NCBI RefSeq assembly: GCF_056746865.1 | Contig: NZ_JBWKMP010000003.1 | DNA length: 64,000 nt | Source of the DNA: a plasmid | Direction: 5' to 3' (one strand) | Part shown: positions 52,921 to 62,014 of the stretch, in pieces | Numbering within the stretch: the stretch's first letter is position 1 | How the letters are laid out: the number at the start of each line of letters is the position of its first letter | Notes under the pieces: generated by a model | Told to the model about the DNA's origin: nothing | The model's input: the letters and a program-made list of their open reading frames with translations, nothing else | Database searches by the model: none | Made by a program: the position numbers and the translations under genes

Positions 52921-53664
52921 ATAGGTGAATTTTATTTTTGTAACTCTGCCACCTTCTGTAACCTCTGAGAAAACTATTTTCATTTTTGTGTTTTTTTCGA
53001 TTTCAGCTACAGCTTTTGCCAGAAAGCTTCTCTTAAATTCGGCGTACCGTTGATAGCTTTTGGGAAGACCATAACGCTCCCGCATCCATTCAACGCCAAG
53101 TATAGCGAAGCCGCTCCCATCATCCTTTCTATACTGGCATAAGGACTCATAAAGCCGCATAGAATAAGGGTTTGTCAGGCGAGACACTTCAGTAAAATTC
53201 AGCCTCGTGAACCTCTTATCAAGCAGAGTAAAAAACGGCATGAGATATGGATTCAGATGAATAATGTAAGTCCCCCGGCGTGGTGAGTAAGCCTCCTTAA
53301 TCATCCAGGGATAAGACTCATAACTGTCTTCTGATTCGGTTGATTCATCAGGGTTATATATCGTGACTTTCTTCTCACTAAGTCCGGAGATAGCTTTACG
53401 AATATCCTTGCTGGCTTCAGCAGAGGGCAAATTATACATCTCTGCATATTCGTTGACCGTCAACTCACAGGCACCTGAACCAAGAACGCCATCCTTAGAA
53501 GCATAGCGAAGTCTTCCCACCACAATAAACAACAGTCGCTTTTGGTCGCGTGTCAGGTGATAAGCCGCCTCTGTGATCTCATTGGCCTGCGCCAAGCTAC
53601 GGCTAATTGGTGTCGCTGATTCAATCAGACTGACGGCTTTTGCCGTTAATTCCGCTCTGTTCAT
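52909..53664 (-). CDS. repA: iteron-binding plasmid replication initiator RepA (Rep_3 / P1 RepA-type)
   Basis: 251 aa from MNRAELT. Flanked on both sides by 19-22-bp iterons. The central winged-helix-like region and acidic patch are typical of Rep_3 initiators. Confidence 0.75.
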   Translation of the reverse strand: MNRAELTAKAVSLIESATPISRSLAQANEITEAAYHLTRDQKRLLFIVVGRLRYASKDGVLGSGACELTVNEYAEMYNLPSAEASKDIRKAISGLSEKKVTIYNPDESTESEDSYESYPWMIKEAYSPRRGTYIIHLNPYLMPFFTLLDKRFTRLNFTEVSRLTNPYSMRLYESLCQYRKDDGSGFAILGVEWMRERYGLPKSYQRYAEFKRSFLAKAVAEIEKNTKMKIVFSEVTEGGRVTKIKFTYQQS

Positions 53665-53697
53665 AACCCTGTGTGATCCTTCAAATGGTGAGGGCAA

Positions 53698-53821
53698 TTT
53701 TTACATCACTTTGAGGGCAATTACTACACCTTTTGAGGGCAAATCTTACACCTGCTGAGGGCAAATCTTACACCTCAATAGCTTAATTGAGGGCAAATCT
53801 TACACCTTGGTCCTCTACAAG
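53698..53821. repeat. incC-like array of five direct iterons (TGAGGGCAAATCTTACACCT consensus) immediately upstream of repA
   Basis: Copies start at 53698, 53721, 53744, 53766 and 53800, with about 22-bp phasing. Confidence 0.75.
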
Positions 53822-54000
53822 CCCCGCCACCCCTGGCCTCCGCGATGCCTAAAAAGGATCTAAAAAGGATTAAAAAGAGAAAAAGGTTTATAAAAATACT
53901 CTGTGGATATGTGAATTGCGTCACTTAAGGTGTAAAAATCACCCTCAATAGTTGCTGTTCGATCGACAAAGATCCTTATTCAATACTCCCACAAATCACA
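53822..54000. other. putative oriR: A-tract repeats (CTAAAAAGGAT x2), DnaA box TGTGGATAT (rc ATATCCACA), an inverted iteron and clustered GATC sites
   Basis: DnaA box at 53901..53910. GATC at about 53857, 53962 and 53973. Reverse iteron GGTGTAAAAATCACCCTCAAT at 53928. Confidence 0.4.
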
Positions 54001-54050
54001 CACTCCCTATCCTCTGAAAAACTAACTGAACCTAGCTTTCGGAGGAATCC

Positions 54051-54875
54051 TTGAACATTCCCAAATTCCCATTGCCTTCACAGCCTGAAATAGAAATTCA
54101 GTTTCATGCACCTACTGTGAAAGATGCCCTGAAATATTCAGACATCAATCCGGCAGAAGACGAGGCAACCACAACAGAATACCTCAATGCTATGCAAGAC
54201 GGCGAAATTAACGACAGCTCAAACTGGACAGTTCAGGATCGCAGAACCGCGCTTTGGTGGATCTTTGTTAATTCCAGGCCTGATGCCGTCATGACTTACT
54301 CATACGAGTGTGGTCACTGTGGAAACGTTCATCACGCAGATATTAACCTTTCAGACCTTGCCGAAACGGTAGAAATCCTGACTGTCCCGCCGTTTATTAA
54401 AACTATGGTCCCTATAAACGGAGTACCAACCGAGTGGACGCTTAAACCACTAACAGGGAAAGGAGCTGAATTGCTTGAGCGTATGCGCGCCACTTTGCCT
54501 GATATGAAAACTCCAGAGTACAGTGCTGAGGTTGCTCGTCTCCGCATAGCTGAGTTGGCCTTGTGTACATCTCTGAACGACGATCCAGAAGACTTCACAC
54601 AAGCTGCAAACAGACGATTCGATATCATTGAAAACATGGCTCTGGAAACCGAGTTTACCCCTCTGGTAGCTCGCATTCAGCTCATGCAGAAAGACCTTCG
54701 CCACGGCTTAAAAATGGCTATTGAACGAGGCACAAGCCGCCTGATCCTACCGCCACAACGCTGCAAAAACGCTAAGGAGGGTGCAGACGTGACTACCACG
54801 CTGTACGCCCCATTTCTCAATAGAGAGTTTATCCCATCAATTAGATCTGAATGGATGGCTAACCATTATCAATAA
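54051..54875 (+). CDS. hypothetical protein preceding the tape-measure/injection protein
   Basis: 274-aa ORF. Confidence 0.45.
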   Translation: MNIPKFPLPSQPEIEIQFHAPTVKDALKYSDINPAEDEATTTEYLNAMQDGEINDSSNWTVQDRRTALWWIFVNSRPDAVMTYSYECGHCGNVHHADINLSDLAETVEILTVPPFIKTMVPINGVPTEWTLKPLTGKGAELLERMRATLPDMKTPEYSAEVARLRIAELALCTSLNDDPEDFTQAANRRFDIIENMALETEFTPLVARIQLMQKDLRHGLKMAIERGTSRLILPPQRCKNAKEGADVTTTLYAPFLNREFIPSIRSEWMANHYQ

Positions 54876-54926
54876 CCTGACGTTATACGGCTACCAGCCA
54901 GTTAGTGACGTTGAACAATTACCGCA

Positions 54927-57900
54927 GTGGCGGGCACTCCATATGGAAAAAGCACTGGAAGAGAAATACAAAGCCCACGCCAAAAAAACAGGGTGATCAC
55001 CGCCGATGTAAGTGAGGTTATTTTGAACGATAAAAAAGACCGAATAGCGATAATCGACGCAATACAAACGGCAAACGCGAAAGAGCTAGCTGCGCTTTCA
55101 GAAATAAAAAAAGCACTTGAGTCTTACGGACGCAATCCTGATACCAGCGACGCACCACAAGGACGCGTAAGTCGTCGCCTGGCCCGAACAGGGAAAGCAG
55201 GGGCGCAACGCAACAGTTTCACACAGGGGCCGTATAAAGACCGGCTCCCTACCAGGAAACAGAGATTACGTATAAACAACACTAGCGAGATAGATAATCC
55301 GCAAAAAGCAGCAGCAGATCACCGCACCGCTCATTCGGAATCAAAAACAGCACCGCTGGCTGAAGGCAAAGCCACGAAGTCATCACCTGAGCGCATTCAA
55401 TCGCTCACTCCTGACATTCAGCCTGCAAGGCAAGAACAACCAGTTAGAGAAAACCAGAGCATCGCTGGTGCACCGTTACGGGATAGCAACGGACGATTTG
55501 CCTCTCAGAAAAAAAACGAGGATCTCGCACGCCAGAATGAGCTACGCGCACAGGCAAAACTACAGGTTGGGTTCCTGCGAAAACTCGGTTCCATTATGGG
55601 GGTTGATGGTTCAGGGAAAGCCGACGATGGAGCTGTAACCGATGCTGCCGGGGTAGGGGCTGGTGGTCCACTATGGATGGCAGCACGGGGCGTATTTGAT
55701 ATCAGCCGCGAGATTACTGGTAAGGCTAAATCATTGAAAGAATGGATAGATAATGGCAACGACAAGGCGGCTGGCGCACCGGTGGTCGCAAAAGCCCCCG
55801 CCATTACTTACCCGGCACCTGACAATGAAAGGAAGACTCCAGATAACGCGCCCGGTTCAGCAAAGGCATTTACTGAAGCCGTTAAAGAAAAATCTGTGCG
55901 TGCGATCGAAGAACAAACGAAAGTTCTTCAACGCAACGACAGCCAGATAATTGATGAGCTGGAAACTGTATCCGAAGAGATCCGGAAGCTAAGAAAGTCC
56001 CAGGAGAGTGGGCTAAAACTGAGCGACCTCCTCGGCGGTGGCAGATTACGCACCAAAATATCCCCTACACGCGGTCGTAGCAGTGCACGTGGTGGCAACA
56101 CGGGCCGCACTGGAGACAGTAAAGAAAACAAGGGCAAGAAGGGAAAAAACACCAGCAAACCTACTGAGACGGGCAGGAGTCAGGAAGGCAAAGAGGGGAA
56201 AAAAAATCAGCCAGGCAAAAACAACAGTGCGGGCGAGGAAAAAAATCGGACAAAAAATGCTGGTGGGAACGAGGGTAGTACCTCACCAAAATCATCGGGT
56301 GATAAATCTTCAGTTAAAACCAGAGCAGGTAAGGTCACTGAAGAAAGTGTAGCCAAAACGGCGACTGGTGGAGCGGCAGGGAAAGACGCTGGTAAAGCGG
56401 CAACTTCCGCTGGGGAAAGCCTTACCAGGAAAGAGGCGGGTAAGGTTGCCGTTGCCACTGGTGAAAACATCGCGAAAAAAGAAGCTGGAAAAGTGGCTCT
56501 CAAAGCTGCCGGAGGTGTTGCCGCAAGGGCCGGATTCAGGGCGATTCCAGTCATCGGCCAGGTGGCTATGGTTGGTTATGATGCCGTAGACGGCTACAGC
56601 GACACAGAAGCGCAGAGGGCGACTTATAACCTGAAGGAAGGGCAGGACGTTACAACACAGCAAAAGAGCGCCTACGCCGCTGCTAACGTCCTGGATATGG
56701 GCGGTCTGGTGACGGGAGCGGCTAACCTCATTGGCGAGGGGATGTCCGCGCTAGGCTTTGAAGGTGTCGGACAAAAACTTCAGAGTCTTGATACCAGCAA
56801 TATCGCTCGCGGCATAAATAGTTCTATCGACGCGTCGAAGAACGCATTCAGCAGCCTAAAAGAATCGTTCTCATCAAGCAGCGAAGGCACTGCGCAGGTT
56901 AAGAAAGCCGTTGAAGATGGCACCAAGCAAACGGTAGCCGCAATTAATGATCTGGCCCGACAGCTACAGGGCGGGCGCAGAGGTGAGGATGGCGTGGGTG
57001 AACACGGCTACAAATCGCCAGACGAATTTAAAGCGCCTGAAAAAAATACAATAACGGCTGATCTGAATATAGGCGGAAGCAACGCCAAGAACAGGAATTA
57101 CCGGAATAACAACCTGGGGAACCTGGTTTTTGCAAATCAGGAGGGGGCGGTACTGGAAGCGCCGAACGCGAAAGGCGAACAGCGTTTTGCGCGGTTTAAT
57201 ACGCCCGAAGAAGGGATTCGGGCATTGGCAAACCAGGTATCGAGTTATTACAACGGTACAAGTGCTGCCGCCGGGTATCAGAAGCTGCAAACAGTATCCA
57301 GCATCATTTCAAAATGGGCACCACCAACAGAGAACAACACCAATCAGTACATTGAAAACGTCAGCAAATATCTCGGGGTATCCCCCAACGATAAAATAGA
57401 CGTTAGCAACCCTGAAGTTATGACGCACCTTGTTCGCGCCATTGCGACGAAGGAGGGGGGTAACCCGGCGGTTAACAACAATTTCATCAAAACAGCTCTT
57501 GGTTCATTCAACGCTAAAACTGGGCGTTGGGAAGGGCAATTCAATGATGAAACGCTGGAACACATTAATAAAATCCAGAAGGAAAAGGGCGGTCCTCTAA
57601 TCGCTCGCAACTCCCAATATAGTGTCGGTAGCAAAGTCAAATACGCCAACGGCTCATCTTCTGCTATTCCTGCGTCAAGCGTAGCCCAGGCTGTAATGCC
57701 TAGCCCTACTGACGTGGTTCAACACGCACAGGCAGCTAAAAAACCGAAGGCAGCTCAACAGGAAAATGCCCAAGCGATCAGCCACGCGAAAGCTAGTGGC
57801 AATTCTTCCGCCGCAGCCGGATTGACGGAGCGGTTAATGAGTGCAGACGGTGTTGGGGGCGTCATCGCCGGGATAGTTGGGGGAGATCCCAATATGGGGC

Positions 57901-58790
57901 TAAATCTCGGCCCTGTCAGTTCTCCGGAAGAGATGTCCTCGTTAGCAGCAAAAGCCAAGCAATTGGATAAGTTTCTTGTTGAAAAAATATCCAGAGCAAC
58001 GGGCAAAAACTTTAGTTTCCAGAAGGCGGAACAGATCGCCGATATCACTACGGCTATACAGCAAAAGCGCAACGTTAACCGCGATACAGAAACCATTGGC
58101 CTGCTTCCGGAGAGTCCGGCAACCATCAGCGAGAAGCGTGCCACATCGACACCGGCGGGTGTGCAGATGTACGACAACGGCTACAAGGTGGTTGAAGGTG
58201 AGGACAGGGGCTTCTTTGGCTCGCTATTTGATTCAACTGTGTCAGGGCTTAACCAGGTAGGCTCCGCCGTCCTCCCCGCCGTTGGAGATAACCTCTCGCG
58301 ACTTGTGGGCGGTATTGATAGCACCGGAATGTTAAATGACTTTGTATTGCAGTCCTCTGGACAGAATACCGATGTTGCTCGCGCTATTAGTCCGTTAACA
58401 AGGAGTGTTGGCGGTTGGCTGAATGGTGGCATACAGAAAACGGCGGATACGATCAGGGACACAACTGGCGCAATCAATCAAAGCCTGTTTGCTTCGGGCG
58501 TGGCTGCTAAAGAACCGTTCCTTGCAATGCCTCCGCAGCTACCAATCGTCACGGACCTCGCACGAAGCGGAATAAGGCAGATGCTAACAACAGATACCGC
58601 AAATAACGATCCGGCTATGTTGAAAGCACTGGAGAACGTTTATTCCGTTCTTAAAGAGATTCTTGGCGTAAGCAAAGACAACCGCAAAGGCGATCAGGAC
58701 AAAGTTGTGAACACATCACAACCACAACCTCGTCAGCGTGCCAGCACGACTATCAATGACCCATCTCTTGACAAATTACTGGAGGATTAA
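54927..58790 (+). CDS. Sit-like tape-measure / injection protein with a probable peptidoglycan-hydrolase-type C-terminal domain
   Basis: 1287 aa. Long Lys/Gly/Ala-rich low-complexity middle and a conserved C-terminal region (NLGNLVFANQEGAVLEAP...KEGGNP). Directly upstream of the baseplate genes, as for P1 sit. Confidence 0.5.
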   Translation: MAGTPYGKSTGREIQSPRQKNRVITADVSEVILNDKKDRIAIIDAIQTANAKELAALSEIKKALESYGRNPDTSDAPQGRVSRRLARTGKAGAQRNSFTQGPYKDRLPTRKQRLRINNTSEIDNPQKAAADHRTAHSESKTAPLAEGKATKSSPERIQSLTPDIQPARQEQPVRENQSIAGAPLRDSNGRFASQKKNEDLARQNELRAQAKLQVGFLRKLGSIMGVDGSGKADDGAVTDAAGVGAGGPLWMAARGVFDISREITGKAKSLKEWIDNGNDKAAGAPVVAKAPAITYPAPDNERKTPDNAPGSAKAFTEAVKEKSVRAIEEQTKVLQRNDSQIIDELETVSEEIRKLRKSQESGLKLSDLLGGGRLRTKISPTRGRSSARGGNTGRTGDSKENKGKKGKNTSKPTETGRSQEGKEGKKNQPGKNNSAGEEKNRTKNAGGNEGSTSPKSSGDKSSVKTRAGKVTEESVAKTATGGAAGKDAGKAATSAGESLTRKEAGKVAVATGENIAKKEAGKVALKAAGGVAARAGFRAIPVIGQVAMVGYDAVDGYSDTEAQRATYNLKEGQDVTTQQKSAYAAANVLDMGGLVTGAANLIGEGMSALGFEGVGQKLQSLDTSNIARGINSSIDASKNAFSSLKESFSSSSEGTAQVKKAVEDGTKQTVAAINDLARQLQGGRRGEDGVGEHGYKSPDEFKAPEKNTITADLNIGGSNAKNRNYRNNNLGNLVFANQEGAVLEAPNAKGEQRFARFNTPEEGIRALANQVSSYYNGTSAAAGYQKLQTVSSIISKWAPPTENNTNQYIENVSKYLGVSPNDKIDVSNPEVMTHLVRAIATKEGGNPAVNNNFIKTALGSFNAKTGRWEGQFNDETLEHINKIQKEKGGPLIARNSQYSVGSKVKYANGSSSAIPASSVAQAVMPSPTDVVQHAQAAKKPKAAQQENAQAISHAKASGNSSAAAGLTERLMSADGVGGVIAGIVGGDPNMGLNLGPVSSPEEMSSLAAKAKQLDKFLVEKISRATGKNFSFQKAEQIADITTAIQQKRNVNRDTETIGLLPESPATISEKRATSTPAGVQMYDNGYKVVEGEDRGFFGSLFDSTVSGLNQVGSAVLPAVGDNLSRLVGGIDSTGMLNDFVLQSSGQNTDVARAISPLTRSVGGWLNGGIQKTADTIRDTTGAINQSLFASGVAAKEPFLAMPPQLPIVTDLARSGIRQMLTTDTANNDPAMLKALENVYSVLKEILGVSKDNRKGDQDKVVNTSQPQPRQRASTTINDPSLDKLLED

Positions 58791-58795
58791 GACCG

Positions 58796-59170
58796 ATGCT
58801 TTATGAGATTGATGCCCGCCTTCAGACAAACGAGAGCGGGGTGGTGATCGCTGAAGGCGACACAAACGCCTGGATAGCCCGACTCGATGAATGGCTACGG
58901 ACACCAAATGGCAGCGTTTACGGATTTCCGTCATGGGGGAATCCGATGGAGGAGTTCAAACACGAACCCTTCGGTTCTGATACGTCACACATTGTTGAAG
59001 TGGCGATTGAAGCGCGAATGATGACGAAGCTACAGCAGGACTTACCAGGGCTTGGACTCCAGGCGATCCGCTGCGCGACTGTCTCTGAAGACCAGTTACT
59101 AATTAGCTTCCAGGCAAAAGGAGGCACCGTGAATGTTGTTATGCAGAAAGATAGCGGAGATACAGCGTGA
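58796..59170 (+). CDS. baseplate wedge protein (gpW / gp25-like)
   Basis: 124 aa. WLRTPNGSVYGFPSWGN resembles P2 gpW ILRTPVGSRVMRRDYGS. Confidence 0.5.
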   Translation: MLYEIDARLQTNESGVVIAEGDTNAWIARLDEWLRTPNGSVYGFPSWGNPMEEFKHEPFGSDTSHIVEVAIEARMMTKLQQDLPGLGLQAIRCATVSEDQLLISFQAKGGTVNVVMQKDSGDTA

Positions 59171-60597
59171 GTATTACCGAATTACTGGACAAGTTTAATG
59201 CCAAGCTGAACGAAAACCCCTGGTGGGCGCGATTTGTAAACAGCCAGTTTATTCAAATGCAGTCCGTTTTGGGCGCGCAGATTGTTTATATTGCGCGTAC
59301 ATTTGCAAGCCGTGCACTTACAGAAGGATTCATTTCCACCGCGACGCGTAGAGCAAGTATTCTCGCGGCAGCGGAAGACCGTGGCTATGTCGGTCGTTTG
59401 GTCGATGCGTCATACGGCACTGTTTCCATCACCAACAAAACCGACAGGGATATTACTCTACCCGGAGGGGCTGAATTACTGACAAGTGACCAGACACCAA
59501 TTGCAACCAGCAGTAGTGTTGTTATCCCTGCTGGTGAAACAGTACCCGGCATAGAAGTAAAACAGCATGAAGCAGTCAGCGTAACGTTCGACGTGGTGCA
59601 AGAAACACCATTCTTGACGCTGTTACTTTCCCGTGAGTTAACAGCAGAAGTCGCCAGCCTGGAAGTTGTCGTGATAACTAATGGTGTCGAGGAAAAATGG
59701 ACACATAACCCCCTGTTCCGCATGTCCAGGGATAACAGTAAACATTATGTGTTGGTTTATAAGCCGACAGAACAGATCGGCGTGCGCTTCGGTGATGGAT
59801 CAATGGGGATGATGCCAGCGGCAGGGAGTCAGGTACGCATTGATATTATGGCAAGCCTCGGTGATTACACGCTGGCTGAAGGCCAGAAACTTGAACCAGC
59901 AGGGAACATCTCCGGGTATGTCGAATCACTGGAAGTAAAAACCGATTCGATCATTTCTGGCGGTGGTGGCATGGAAACTACCGAGGAAACCCGAAACAGG
60001 GCGCAGTATTATGTGGCCTACGATGAGCAGGTTGTTTGGGGCGGTGATTACCGCCAGTTCATTCAGAACGTGGTCAGTGGCACGTCATGGCTTAACGTGT
60101 GGGGGGAGGCGCTACAGGAGAAAATCACGGGCTTTGATGTGCGTAATATCAACAAAATTTTCTTTTGTGGGCACAAGCCCGGCGTAACACAGGAAGCTCT
60201 GAAAACAGAGATATTATCAGCCCTTGAGAGTATCCCTAATGAGCTGAATAAGAAGTTCGAATACGTCGCCACCAATGAACAGCCGTTCAACATCAAATTT
60301 ACCGGTATCGTAAAAAAGAGTGTGCTGGTGGATGACGCGCTAACTGCAATTAAAGCGGCACTGGAGGAGAACTTCGGTAAAGACTCCATGTCATTTAGCC
60401 AGCTATTGCAGAGTGATGACGATTCACAGCAATGTTATGCACAGGTCAAAGTAAAAGATATCTGGCGAGTAATCGAATCGCTGGATATGTTCCTGTCTTA
60501 TGACGTGGCTACGCAGAACATGAAAGAAGCTGTGTACTTTAATGATTTTGTTTATCTGGACGTGGAATCATCAACGTTCAGCATAACCTATCCGTAA
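59167..60597 (+). CDS. baseplate protein J-like
   Basis: 476 aa, overlapping downstream of the gpW-like gene. Order W-J-I-fibre is as in P2, Mu and P1. Confidence 0.45.
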   Translation: MSITELLDKFNAKLNENPWWARFVNSQFIQMQSVLGAQIVYIARTFASRALTEGFISTATRRASILAAAEDRGYVGRLVDASYGTVSITNKTDRDITLPGGAELLTSDQTPIATSSSVVIPAGETVPGIEVKQHEAVSVTFDVVQETPFLTLLLSRELTAEVASLEVVVITNGVEEKWTHNPLFRMSRDNSKHYVLVYKPTEQIGVRFGDGSMGMMPAAGSQVRIDIMASLGDYTLAEGQKLEPAGNISGYVESLEVKTDSIISGGGGMETTEETRNRAQYYVAYDEQVVWGGDYRQFIQNVVSGTSWLNVWGEALQEKITGFDVRNINKIFFCGHKPGVTQEALKTEILSALESIPNELNKKFEYVATNEQPFNIKFTGIVKKSVLVDDALTAIKAALEENFGKDSMSFSQLLQSDDDSQQCYAQVKVKDIWRVIESLDMFLSYDVATQNMKEAVYFNDFVYLDVESSTFSITYP

Positions 60598-60606
60598 GAG
60601 GTCACA

Positions 60607-61449
60607 ATGCAGAATAACTGGCTAAAAGAGCGTCTGACGCAATTTAAACAGGATTCTAAATTGTGGGCCGCCTTTGTTGATACGATTCAGGACGTGTGGA
60701 ATGAATCGGTTGAACCTATTCTCACGCGAATAAGCAACCGTAAATCGTTTTTCACAATGGCAAGGGAGGATATGGACACTCGCATTGCTGAATATGGTCG
60801 TTTCTTTGTTATCACAGAAACGGACAAAACACGCAGGCCAATGCTATTAGCTCAACGACTGGATGAGGTGCACTTCAAAGGAACAGTAAGGCCGATAGAG
60901 CAAACGTTCTGGCGTGAATTTGGCACAATCCCCGTCTCATGGGAACCTTTGTATGCGCCTGTCGATACAGAAAAACATCCCTATGGTTCATTCTTCGCGA
61001 CCGCAAATGAAATACCGACCGCTCAGGCACAATATGGTGAGTTTTTCCTGACATCCAGAGGGCTGGTTGTCGTCAACCAAAATAAGCTGTATCGAGCTTA
61101 TGATAGCGATGACCGAGACGTTGCTGTACAGAAGCTACTTGCTGATTTTGATACGGTTATAGCGCCGCTATTGCCATTGCATATCGTGTTTGATGGTGTT
61201 TCTTTCCAGTTAAGCGCAACATTGCCGGAAATGGCGGAGATCCTGAATTGCTTATCTGCGGAAGTGTCCTTTATTGAGGGGGTGTACACGACGCAAGAGA
61301 TGGTCGATGAGCTATCTATTAGCGATACGATCATTCAAATAGGCGGCATCCAGTTCGCAGGAAGGCCAGACCGGACGACGGAAAGAGTGCTTCATCTCGA
61401 TGAACTCCCGCTCGACGCCTGGGCGCTGGATTATAATTTTGCACCTTAG
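60607..61449 (+). CDS. tail protein (gpI-like position)
   Basis: 280-aa ORF. Confidence 0.35.
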   Translation: MQNNWLKERLTQFKQDSKLWAAFVDTIQDVWNESVEPILTRISNRKSFFTMAREDMDTRIAEYGRFFVITETDKTRRPMLLAQRLDEVHFKGTVRPIEQTFWREFGTIPVSWEPLYAPVDTEKHPYGSFFATANEIPTAQAQYGEFFLTSRGLVVVNQNKLYRAYDSDDRDVAVQKLLADFDTVIAPLLPLHIVFDGVSFQLSATLPEMAEILNCLSAEVSFIEGVYTTQEMVDELSISDTIIQIGGIQFAGRPDRTTERVLHLDELPLDAWALDYNFAP

Positions 61450-61565
61450 CAAACCAGGCCCCGCCAACCTGGGTGGGGCCATTTCTCAAAACAAAAGACC
61501 ACTGGAAATCACAAACTGAACATACTGCCCTTCGATTTATTGCTTGTTAAAGGGGCTATGTTCGT

Positions 61566-62012
61566 ATGGCTGAAACTTTAAAATCCCAAAGCGATTCCAG
61601 TATTTACAAGGCGCAACTCCTTTCTTACTACTACTCTCGCCGTGCAGAGTCTGCAATCGGCAGAGGTGAGCGTTTTGTTATGACAAAGGCTTATTGGTGC
61701 AAGTCCGATCTTGTGACGGTAAATAGTGCTGGTGGCTGGACTATTTCTGATATTCCGCTCGACTTCAAGTTAAGTGATGCACAGCATTTTGCTGAATCCA
61801 ATCTCATTCTTTCCAGCCTCGATGGTGTCATTACGATTAATGCCGCTTTTCCACAAGAAACGATGCCGGACGATACACCTTACGATTTCAATACGCTGGT
61901 TCTCGTAGATGCAGAGGATCAGGCTTTTGGGGTTGTTTGTACTCAACAGGACACCTTATTCAAAGGTAAGCGATACAGCTTGCTCATGACCATTGAACAG
62001 GTCGAGGGATAA
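61566..62012 (+). CDS. hypothetical tail fibre-proximal protein
   Basis: 148-aa ORF. Confidence 0.4.
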   Translation: MAETLKSQSDSSIYKAQLLSYYYSRRAESAIGRGERFVMTKAYWCKSDLVTVNSAGGWTISDIPLDFKLSDAQHFAESNLILSSLDGVITINAAFPQETMPDDTPYDFNTLVLVDAEDQAFGVVCTQQDTLFKGKRYSLLMTIEQVEG

Positions 62013-62014
62013 TT

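Noticed and set aside
52600-53821. Direct-repeat arrays considered as a CRISPR array
   Set aside because: Repeats are 19-22 bp with 0-12 bp spacers, occur in both orientations and flank a Rep_3 initiator gene, so they are plasmid iterons. No cas genes are in the window.
55505-58477. Minus-strand and alternative-frame ORFs inside the 1287-aa Sit-like gene (55505..55804, 55928..56158, 56207..56663, 56964..57290, 57344..57649, 57755..58177, 58181..58477 and others)
   Set aside because: Fully nested in a long, well-supported plus-strand gene. They have low-complexity Pro/Ala/Ser-rich translations typical of antisense reading of Lys/Gly-rich sequence.
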